Assembly (NCBI GenBank): GCA_002269645.1
Contig: NIVC01001471.1
Span: 1 to 64,000 of the forward strand
Direction: 5' to 3'
Source: Macrostomum lignano
Taxonomy: Eukaryota
DNA: 64,000 nt
Shown in pieces: positions 47,301 to 64,000 of this stretch. The notes beneath the pieces are model-generated. The model did not search any database. It was given only the letters and a program-made list of their open reading frames with translations, and was not told where the DNA came from. Position 1 is the stretch's first letter. Every line of letters starts with the position of its first letter. The position numbers and the translations under genes were made by a program.

Positions 47301-49953
47301 TTGACTCATTCTCTATCTAAATGTTAAGTTTCAACTCTGTATCCTAATTAGGACAGAAACTATAAGCATGTGAAGTTTGTCTGCTTTTTCTGTTGTTTGC
47401 CGCTCATCCAACTCATTCCCCCAGACGAAGGATCAGGCGATAGGGCTCAATGTACATAGCGAATGTACAGTGTTTTGGAATAACTTTTTAATAGCCTTCT
47501 CTGCACCCCCGCGAGTGGAGAGGCGTGGAGAGGAGAGAGTTTAGCGAGAGATTCAATTTCAAACTACTGTCCTCTGAATAGACAAGTCGCAGCAGTTAAA
47601 CAAGGATGGCAAATCAAGGCGATGTGGGATGGTTTGTAAAAATAGCGAAAAATTAATGAATAACTGATTACAATGCAATCCTACTAAATTAGTTACACCA
47701 TGAAAATTTTAACATTAAGATTCGCATAAGGTAACTTTAAAATTTAAATGGCCTCCTAAGAAATGCGTATTTCCTTGGTTGTTAGACTGCTGCAGACTGT
47801 GGTGGTGGAGCTGGAGAATGGAGATACACAAATTCCTCTCAGGGCTGCTAATTGGCCAGAAAGATGACGTGATTAAAGCATGAGAAATGATAACAACCAT
47901 GATAGTATTACTTCCCATGCACAAACCGGCTTTCGAAGCAGGGATCGGCAGATTTTTATCTCAAAGGCCAGATAAAGAATCCAGCTCATGGCTGCGGGCC
48001 AGATGAGAGTGAAAAGGAAAAGGAATAGACTATTAGAAAGGGAGGAGGGGCGAGAGGGGGATAAGAGAAAAGATAGAATATATCAGGAGAGACGAGGGGG
48101 TGAGGAGAGAGCAGAGAATATGGGAGGAAGAAGCGAGAGAAGGGGAGAGAGGAGGGAGAGGAAAGAGTAGAGGTGAGAAGAGGGAGAGAGAAGAATGGAG
48201 AGAGGAGACATGATCGATGAGAGAGGAAAGTAGAGAAGAGTGAGAAGAGATGAGAGAGGATCAAGAGGAGAGATTAGAAAGGTAGAGAAGAGAGGAGATA
48301 AGAGGGGGAGAGAGGGGAAGAGAGGAGTGAGAAGAGAGGAGATAAGAGATGAGAGAGTTGAGAAAGAAGACAGGAGAAAGGAGAGATGATAGAGTAAAAG
48401 GAAGAGGAGGAGAGAGGAAATAGATTATATTGCACAGATGAGGGAGATGAAAGGAAAAATGAGAGAGTAGCGATGGGAGATGAAGGAAGAGAGAGCAGAA
48501 TACAAAGAGACAAGAGAAGAGAATAGAGGGGAGAGAGTATACAAGAGGGAAGAGAAGAGAGGAGTAGGAAAGAGAGGAGTCAGAAGAGGAGAAAGAAAGA
48601 GTACACAGGAGATAGGAGAGTAGAGACGATAGAAGAGAGAGGGGAATGAGAGAGCAAAGATGAGTGTGAACAAAGGATACATGAGAGGAGAGAGGAGAAT
48701 GGAGAGAGAAGAGAGAAGACAAGAGAGGGAGAGAGTATAGAAGAGGGAAGAGAAGAGGCGAGAAGAAGAAAGGAAAGAGAGTCCTGAGTCAAAAAATGGG
48801 AAAGAGAAGAATACAAGAGGAGAGAGGTGAGAGAACATATGAGAGTAAAAACGACAGATGACAGAAGGGAGATGAGATAGCGGAAACGAGAGTCAACAGA
48901 CGAGAGATGGGAGAGTAGAGAGAAAAGAGGAGAGATAAGAAATAAGCGATGAGAGGTGGAGACAAGGGAGAGATGAGAAGTGAGTGAGGAGAGAGGAGGG
49001 GAGGGGAGAGAATCTGAGTGAGGAGAGAGGAGGGGAGGGGAGAGAATCTGAGTGAGGAGAGAGGATGGGAGGGGAGAGAATCGAGAGGCCAGGGGAAATT
49101 GGTGTAAAGGAGAAGATAGGAGAGGAAAGAGGGGAGAGATTAGAGAGAAGAGAGATGAGAGGAGAAAAGGGGGAGAGGAGAGAGAGCAGATAGAAATGAG
49201 AAAAGAGAAGACAGAGAAGATAAAAGAAGAGAAATGAGAGATAAGAGAGGAAAGAAGAGAAAACTGAGAGGTGAGGGAAGAGACGATAGAAGAGATGAGA
49301 GGAGAGAGTGGACAGAGGAGAGGAGAGAGTTGAGAGAAGAGAGGAAAAAGGAGAGAGGAGAGATGAGGGAAGTGTTGAGAGAGAGTACAGTAAAGAGTGA
49401 GAAGAGGGGAGAGGGAACAGAGAGTAGAGAGCAGAGAGAAGAGAGAGCAGAGAAGAGAGAGTAGAGAGCAGAAAGAAATGAGAAGAGATAAAAGAGGAGA
49501 AAGGAGATTTTTTAGATCAAAGACCAGAAAGAAGAGAGGAGGAGAGAGAAAAGAATAGACGGGAGAGGGAAGAGACGAGAGAAGAGGGGAGAGAGGAGAG
49601 AGGAGAGGTGAGAGACGAGAGAGAAGATAGGAAACAGAAGAGAAGATAGAAGTTTCAAAGGATACAAGGGACATAGGGAGAAGCAGAGGTAGAGGCCAGA
49701 GTTTGCCTGACATTCTGGGCAGCACCCCAGCTAATAATTTCAATATTTGCCACAAATCCTAATTTTACATGAATGTACTCTATTTTATTTTTAGCTCTAT
49801 CCTAAATTACTAACTATTAATAAGTTTTTGTTTAAGTATGACTTCCGATTGTAGAATACACGCAAAAATAGTTCCAGGGATTGGAGTTCCCCGGGTTCAA
49901 AATCCGCGGGTTTCAACAGCTTGTCTATCTATATATCTATCTATCTATCTATT

Positions 49954-49996
<43 letters not shown>

Positions 49997-50009
49997 ATAT
50001 CTATCTATA

Positions 50010-50046
<37 letters not shown>

Positions 50047-50112
50047 GTCTATCTATCTATCTATCTATCTGTCTATCTATCTATCTATCTATCTATCTGT
50101 CTATCTATCTAC

Positions 50113-50143
<31 letters not shown>

Positions 50144-51277
50144 ACTATCTAAACTTCAGTCAACTAGCACACGCACCTGCATCTCTAGCGGGCGCACAGA
50201 AGCCGGCCGCACGCCGAGCCGCAGGCGGACCAGCTCAGCAGTGGGCTGGCTGGCCAACAGTTGACCATCAAATTTGCGGCCCAATCCGATATAGTGATCA
50301 GAATGAAAGTGGCTCAAAAAGTAGCCGCGGCAGCGACTCTGCGCGCCGTAGTTGAATGCATCAACGGTCAGGTCCGTGCCCTCCACCCATTTCACTGGCG
50401 GGCAGCGGGTGCGGCCGCTAGCGCTTGGCCAGGTGCCGCAGGCTGGCCGCGGCTGCTTCGTCTGCGTAACTGTCGCCTTCAGTTTTGCATCGGCCGCAGC
50501 TTCGCCTGTTGAAGCCTTCAACCCAAAGAAGCTTAATAGAGTGGACTGTTTAGCACTACTAGCAGTAGTAGCAGTAGTTGTTGTAGCTTTCAGAGGCGAA
50601 GCGGAACGCGGCACCAGATCCTGGTGGCATTATCAGAGAATTTCCTTAAATTTCTCAGCTGTGTAAGTTTCTGCTTTTTAATTTGAAGGCCGACTGAAAT
50701 GTGTTCTCAATTTAAATTTTGATCAGAAATCAAACTTTCAAAACCAGCGAAAACTGATTTCAACTCTCCTACGGGTACCACAACTCTCCTACGTATACCA
50801 CAACTCTCCTACGTATACCACAACTCTCCTACGTATACCACAACTCTCCTACGGGTACCACAACTCTCCTACGTATACCACAACTCTCCTACGTGTACCA
50901 CAACTCTCCTACGTGTACCACAACTCTCCTACGTGTACCACAACTCTCCTACATGTAACATATCTATACAGTAGATTCAAACCGCCCCTCTCTACCTTGT
51001 CATTACTAAGTGTTGCAGGCGCGAAAGCTGCCAGTTGCACATCTTCATCATCTTCATTATCAATAACAATTGGCTTATCAGCTGTCGAGTGATCCGAACT
51101 TGTCATCTCATTTTCAGATGTTTTTACAGCCGTAATCAGAAAGCTGAGGATGGAGCTCTGGGCAGCTTCCGGCTTTCTCTTTGCCGTTAGCTGACTGCCC
51201 GACCGAGTCGCGGCTGGTCGCTTTTTAACTTTGCCACCAACGCGACTAGTTGCCATGCGGTTGCTGGGCGGCATCAT
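39876..51277 (-). CDS. DCLRE1A: DNA cross-link repair 1A (SNM1A/PSO2) beta-CASP nuclease; motif-3 segment not found
   Basis: Exons 51277-50996, 50620-50177, 41309-40935, 40256-39876, all phase 0. Motifs [63 protein letters not shown] and PTVN are present. Confidence 0.88.
40272..40915. repeat. (TCTG)n-based compound repeat with CTCTCAGTG interruptions
   Basis: Fills a DCLRE1A intron. Confidence 0.95.
44054..46595. mobile_element. Foldback-type non-autonomous DNA transposon, ~1.05-kb TIRs, TTAA TSD (piggyBac-like termini)
   Basis: Arms 44054-45094 and 45527-46595 are near-perfect reverse complements. Termini CAGTAG...CTACTG are flanked by TTAA at 44050-44053 and 46596-46599. Paralogous empty sites occur near 42175 and 47585. 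Confidence 0.85.
47939..49717 (-). mobile_element. hAT MITE copy with ~1.65-kb GA-rich expansion, inside the Helitron-like element; partial sister copies start at 42519 and ~46960
   Basis: TIR-like CAGGGATCGGCAGA at 47939 and degenerate GGCCAGAGTTTGCC..ATTCTG near 49700-49717. Same ~60-bp core as the 53.5-kb copy. Confidence 0.55.
49924..50146. repeat. (TATC)n microsatellite; sister tract at 41312-41365
   Basis: Seen directly at both ends of the large DCLRE1A intron. Confidence 0.95.
50761..50955. repeat. 20-bp minisatellite
   Basis: Unit CAACTCTCCTACGTATACCA. Confidence 0.95.
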
Positions 51278-51479
51278 GCATGCGATTGAATCTGCTGAAA
51301 TTAATCAAATATGATTATGCAATTGGATAGAGTTCTGAATCTATTCCTTCTATCGAATGCAAGAAAATGTTCCGTTCACTGCCTAATTTGAAGCATCATC
51401 AGAATCTCCGATTTTAGCCATAGACAAAAGCCCAAATAAAACTTACTGCTATTAACTTACTGTGATTGGAAGCAAACAG

Positions 51480-51720
51480 TTTTTGAGAAGTCAAGCATTT
51501 AATACAAGACACAGCCAACCATATTCAACCCATGCTTCGATTGTCTATGGCCAAAACCGTTTATGGGGAGAAGTCTGCAACTGCAACTGTGACCAAACTG
51601 TCAGACCTCATGTGTGCTCAATCAGATGTTTTCACAGGCCAAAAAGCGGGGCAGGAAGCGCTCTTGGCAACCGCGATGACATCCACGCCTGACTCCTGGT
51701 AGACTCCCCAGCTCCACTTG
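51480..51720 (-). mobile_element. Possible decayed LINE (RTE-like) reverse-transcriptase fragment
   Basis: Minus-strand frame LTVWSQLQLQTSPHKRFWP*TIEAWVEYG resembles the RTE VWS...K.RLF.ATIES.LLYG segment. It contains stops, and the match is by eye only. Confidence 0.3.
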
Positions 51721-53138
51721 CACGGCGGGCATGACTTGTCTCTATGTCTTGAATTCAATGCTGTGCCTGCTTCACAGACCATTTATCGTGTTTTGACCAA
51801 AGACAAATGCAGATGCATGGGTTGGACCATAGAAACTTTTGACACTTATTGTGCCTTTATAGTTGTGAACCTACCGCACAACATTGCACACAAGACCCAA
51901 ATGAATGTGACCCAGGAGGTCGTGGCATGAGTCAGACGCGTTCGCCACCTACAAAACCTACATTTGTATGCCCATTTCTTAGCACTCGAACCAGATGTAC
52001 TTATATTGCTAGCTATAATTAAATAGCCAAATAATAATAAGCAAAAATCAATGTGTTTATTTATTCGCTCGTTAATTGTTTAAAAATTTAATAGGAAATA
52101 AAAAGGTGAGCGCAAAGCAAATACGCAAATATCTGATGGCGGCTGTGCGCATAAATAGTACGTTTATTTTGTAAAGAATCTAAAAACTTTAAAGTAATAT
52201 ATATATATATATATATATTGTTGTTTGCTCATAATTTATTTTATCCAGCGGCGGGGTTTAAGAGTGTTAAAATTTAAAGTTAGCACAAAAACAAACTTTA
52301 TGAGTAAAAGTCGTGCATTTTTCCGTATGTACAGAAACAATAAATCAATAAAAGAGGAGGCTAATATAAAATATAAAGCTAACTGAAACTCGACAGCCGG
52401 CCAAGGAATTAACAAAGGTCTCAACTTCTCTACGCGATAATGATAATACAAGTTGAGTAAAATTAGTTTTTATCGAGATCGGATATAGAAAGGAAGTGAT
52501 AAATGGGATAAAACTAATTATTTCACTGTGTACACTGCGGTTATATAGTTTTTGCAAAAACTGAATCTACTACTTAAATTAGTAGTATAACGCACACTGC
52601 GAAATCGTACCAGAAAGTAGCAACTTGGTTTCTTTAACGTAAAAAAGGAACAAACAAAAGGAAGCAACGAAAAAAGGATTGAAACTGAGAGGGAAATTTA
52701 AATAAAACTAATATGGCAGATACGGGACGACAAACAATAGACTGTAGTTCTATGATGTCGCATAACAAAGTAAATGTTGTACTTTACAAATACGATTTAG
52801 CCATACTAAAAGTACATTACCAATTGTACTTTAATGATTTCGCGAAAGTATATAATACATTGTGTCTTTAGGAAATGGATTAAAAGTACATCGTGCACTA
52901 CTGTAAGGATATACTTTTGAAGTATACCATGCCCTTTAAAAGTCGCATAAAAAGTACATAACCCATTGTACGAGTAATATAATGATTTCGCATCAAGTAC
53001 AAAATAATTTGTGCCTTCAAGAGGTTTAAAAGTACATCGTACACTACTTTGAGGATATCGTTGAAAAGTACATCATAAACTGAACTTGATGATGTGTGGT
53101 TCGAAGGTTAAAAAATGAAATGAATATCGGCGAAATCT

Positions 53139-53435
53139 TCAATCGTCGTCATCGTCGGGCACGAAGATGTCGTTCTCTTCTAGGAAGGCGGCGCCCTCCT
53201 TGCTCAGCGTGGCGCCAATGAACAGAGACGGTACAATTACAATGATAGCGCGCAGGCCGCCAAGGCGCATGCGCATTGGCCGGCCGTGCAGGGCGCCGCA
53301 CTCAGTGTAAGCGCCTGCGGTGCCGTCGTAACAGCGGACTGGCCCTGTCTGCGAGTAGCCCTGCTGGCGCGGAGCTTGCAACGAGAATGTGCGGCGCAGT
53401 AACAGGAACAGGGGCCGCATGGCGTGACCAGACAT
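53139..53435 (-). CDS. SMDT1: Essential MCU regulator (EMRE), mitochondrial
   Basis: Arg-rich presequence, GRPMRMRLGGLRAIIVIVPSLFIGATLSKEGAAFLEENDIFVPDDDDD*. The start could instead be the in-frame ATG at 53462. Confidence 0.9.
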   Translation of the reverse strand: MSGHAMRPLFLLLRRTFSLQAPRQQGYSQTGPVRCYDGTAGAYTECGALHGRPMRMRLGGLRAIIVIVPSLFIGATLSKEGAAFLEENDIFVPDDDDD

Positions 53436-53514
53436 GAAATTGGGGATTTTGGATCTCATCATTTTGGTTGGATTAAGTAGTCTGGGAAATAAATAATTGG
53501 GAGTTTGGCTAGAG

Positions 53515-53630
53515 TAAGGTTTGGCAAATTTTTTACTCAATGGCCAGATGGAGAATCTAGTGCATAACTGCGGGCCAGAGGGGAGAGCGAAGATAGAATA
53601 GAGGGGAAGAAAAGGCAGAGGAGGAAGGAA

Positions 53631-53705
<75 letters not shown>

Positions 53706-53979
53706 CGAGAGAGGAGAGAAGGGAGGGGACACAAGGAAGAGGAGAGAAGGGAGAGGAGAGAAGAATAAAGGAGAGAGGAGAGGAGAGAAGAATAAAGGAG
53801 AGAGGAGAGGAGAGAAGAGAGAGGAGAGAGAATGTAGAGGAGAGAAGGGAGAGGAGAGAAGGGAGCCGTAAATCTTGAGTGGGAAGGATTGTTGTGATGA
53901 AGTGTCAGAGGACCGGAAGGCCGGATAAAGAGGCTTGACGAGACGCATGTACCCGCGGGCCGGAGTTTGCCAACCCCTG
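53515..53979 (-). mobile_element. hAT (Charlie/MER58-like) MITE with internal GA tract
   Basis: Minus-strand ends CAGGGGTTGGCAAACTCCGGCCCGCGGG ... ATCTGGCC...AAAAATTTGCCAAACCTTA. The 8-bp TSD is GGCTAGAG (53507-53514) and GGCTAGAT (53980-53987), close to the NTCTAGAN Charlie target. Confidence 0.8.
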
Positions 53980-54917
53980 GGCTAGATTAACCTACACAAA
54001 ATATTACAGTAAAACACTAACGCAAGAGTGCTTTGGCAATTCCATAAATTGAAAATGGTAAATATTTATTAGGCAAATTTATATCAGTAATAATGATTAG
54101 AATGTTCTCACAGATCCACAGCACTCTGAACGGCAATGACAAACAGACAGACAATCAATGAAGATTCTTGTACATTGCGATGTCGCGAAATAGAAAATGC
54201 AGTCTATGCAAGTAACCGAACGCATCCACATTGAAACAGGTATATACTGTATGCATTGTACAGAAAGACTAATTATTATTTAGCAAAACTTTAATCGCCC
54301 TCTGAAAATCACACAACAGCCGATATGTATCGAAATAATTATAACAAAGAGTAATTAGAAATATAACAACTTGATTATACCACGTTCCAGGTAGGTTTGT
54401 TTATTGAAATTGCTTTGCTAGACTGCTTTAGTTGAGAGTTGTAGCGAAAGCAATAAGCACGAATAATAGACCATATCAGGTTTCCAGCCCCATCCCGATG
54501 AAAACGGTACCAAGGCCAAGAAGTGCCCTGCAGGTAACACAGGTAAAATAAGAAAGAAGTGTTTTGCGTCTAAAGCGCACCTGCGTCACTTAATGAATTA
54601 GAAACGCATTTCGCATTTCTAAAAACTCCATTTAGTCTACTTGAGTTAGTAGACTGTTAAGCGCTAACACAACGACTCTCTTGGACGATGCACACGTGAC
54701 TTAACAGTTGCATACCTGTCGCATTACAGTTGTTGAGTCAATAGAGATCACAAGAATAGCCCCAGAGTCGCTGGAGTCACTAGTGAGTCATTTACAGTGG
54801 CTCTTTAGCGATTATTGTCACTGACGCTTTTGACGGGTAAGTGTCTGCACCCTGGGTGTCAGTAGTAGTCATGCGACTACTCACTAGCTTATCGGGATTA
54901 GATGAAATCGAAGAATT

Positions 54918-59579
<4,662 letters not shown>

Positions 59580-61694
59580 GGTAGCTGTGCGCTCGGTTAT
59601 AGTGCAAAATTACACTAATAAGTAAGAATAAATAAAAACACGCATTAAGAGACAAGTTCAGCCCATTTGCGTGTACAGTAGCCGCCTCTGTAGTCAGCTG
59701 AAAAAGCGCGGTAAGTTGATACGGTCATTACAATAAAAATCGGTCAATAGTGCATTTTCACTATAAGTCGATAGTGAAATATTTTAGATATGGGTGGTCT
59801 CCCACTCCTATGGCTCTATGTCTACTTCGAGTATTACTGTGAGAGCCAAATAACTAAGACGGCGGATTCAACTGACTTTTCCTGATGATGCAACTACTTG
59901 ATGGTAACTTACAGACCGTTGTATGTGATGGTCACAATCTCGAGATGTTATCTTACAAAAATATAAGGTCTACAGGTGGTATTCCAAATAAGAAGCTTGT
60001 TCGATTAAGTTATAATGGGTTCTTGTTGTTTGGGTGAACCGAAGGTTCAGTCCATTGTGGAGAAAGGGTTGTTTGTCAATTCAACTTCAGTGGGTCAAGT
60101 TATTAGCTCGTAGATAGCTGACAGAAGCTAATAGAGGCAGGGGCGAGACAGGCAAAAGGAGGGCAAAGGCGGGAGAGCTTCTTGCTTGGTTAACAGGGGT
60201 TTTTATAGTACTTTTCGGTCTTGATCGCATTGGGTGGTACATAACTACTTTTCATTGGTTGAGGTCGTGTCCTCAGCTTTTGCTAGTTGGAACGCATTCA
60301 TTGGTTGGAAATACATTCAAACTAGATTGAAGCTTTCAGGGCCAAAATGTATCACTTTAATAGTGAGTTTGTATTTTAAAAGTACACGTTACTTTAAAAG
60401 TACACATGTACTTAAAATACACATGTTACCTCTTAAAAGTACTTATGTACCTTTACAAGTACGCATGTACTTCACACGCCCCTTTAAAGTGTACATGTAC
60501 TTATTATGAATTCATAAGACGAACGCACACTTTCAAGAGAACACTCCATTTACAAGTGCATGTCCACTTTAAAATTATATATAGATCTCTTAAAAGTACA
60601 ATTGCTTTCAACTATGGATATTCTCACTAAGTCGTTATCTACGCTGCATGAAAAAGGCAAAAAACAAACAATGAGGCAACCAGTTAAAGATAGTTGTCAA
60701 CGATATACTATATATTTAAATTGTTAATAATTCGCTCGTAGTTAAATAAAAGAGCAAAAAATATCCGAATCACTGACTCTCGGCACTCGTCTACTGACAA
60801 ATCGATAAAATAGTGAATATTTAGTAGCGAGAAAACCTATACTGGTCCAAAATAAAATGCGTACAAAAATATTTGCTCAAGCCGCGTAATAAAAAACTAT
60901 TCGCATCTCTCAACAATGCTTGTTACTAATAGTAGCACGATGCAACCGATGGGATCAACAAAATTAAATAGGTGTTGGAAAAATGATTCGTCAAAAAGAT
61001 TATAGCGCTTGCTATCATTGCACTCGGGCAAATCTTTTGAAATGATTGTTTAATTAACTAGAATTTGCAGCTGACTTGGCAGTAATAGTAGTATTAATAA
61101 TAGGTGATAGTAATTACAAAATCTGAATAATAATATTACGAGTCCGCGTAGAAAAAAACTGACCAAATTTAATGCAGATTACATTGCCGACTATAACTAA
61201 AGAAGCGGGAACTAACTAAAAAAAAAAAGCTAATAATTAGTTAAACCGTAAAACATATTCATCGCCAAGTCTTAAAGGACACTTGAAACCATTGATCCAT
61301 TTTTCTTAGATTTATAGCGATACTGAGTGCGCAAGTTTAAATCAAGGCTTTTTGACGCTTACAGCAACAATATCTTACAGCAAGGAGGGAATGACAGGCG
61401 ACAGAGGCCGACATTTCCTCTATCCTACCTCCCCTCTCCCATCTCCTATTTCCCCTCTCTTATCTCTTCTCTCCCATTTCCCATCTCCTATATTTTCTCT
61501 CCCATCCCCCCTCTCTCATTTCCCCTTTCCTATCTCTCTAGCGAGAATGGCAGCGTAACGCTAACGCACACAAGCCTGGAAATCGGCACGATGAGCTACT
61601 GGTATTGGTTTATATAGGAAATGGATTTTTGGGTACAGCATTCTGTTTTTATAAATATTAGTCCTTAGTTTTGCTGATGGATTTAATAATCGAC

Positions 61695-63945
<2,251 letters not shown>

Positions 63946-64000
63946 TTAATTATTTATTATTGAATATTTTCAACTAGCTCGTTCGTATCACTTGTCGTCG

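Larger units (their letters stand above)
41366..49923 (+). mobile_element. Putative non-autonomous Helitron (~8.6 kb) inserted in a (TATC)n tract, carrying internal triplication and nested elements
   Basis: A|TCTCTACCTATAAAAATC 5' end followed by (TG)n and CGCTATGGACTCCCAAACCGCTCAACC. The 3' end has an imperfect GC hairpin CCCGGG-TTCAAAAT-CCGCGGG, then CAACAGCTTG|T. No TSD; (TATC)n on both sides; no Rep/Hel ORF. Confidence 0.55.

Overview
Intron-rich animal genomic DNA, not prokaryotic; there is no CRISPR array or rRNA. GC-rich exons and minisatellite-filled introns suggest a Macrostomum-type flatworm (inference from style only). Bases 2.5-36.4 kb hold the 3' part of an ADGRV1/GPR98 ortholog on the + strand (Calx-beta repeats, GPS motif, 7TM, C-terminal IADTHL). 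Two complete genes sit inside its introns: an antisense two-TM guanylyl cyclase resembling a NIT-GC, and a same-strand intronless TTLL12. Five co-oriented minus-strand genes follow: a CD225/dispanin protein, DCLRE1A/SNM1A, EMRE, muskelin and beta-tubulin. Most notable observations: (1) the cyclase has Cys in place of its first metal-binding Asp; (2) a 1.1-kb island has zero CpG and a TpA-rich, RIP-like composition; (3) an 8.6-kb nested transposon stack fills an SNM1A intron (Helitron-like shell, triplicated hAT-MITE module, TTAA foldback element with ~1-kb modular TIRs), and that gene lacks the ANHCPG motif; (4) a hAT MITE family carries a GA/CT tract of very variable length; (5) most larger introns carry their own private minisatellite, two of them made of splice-donor look-alikes. 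Exon coordinates were derived by hand from GT-AG signals and reading-frame continuity.
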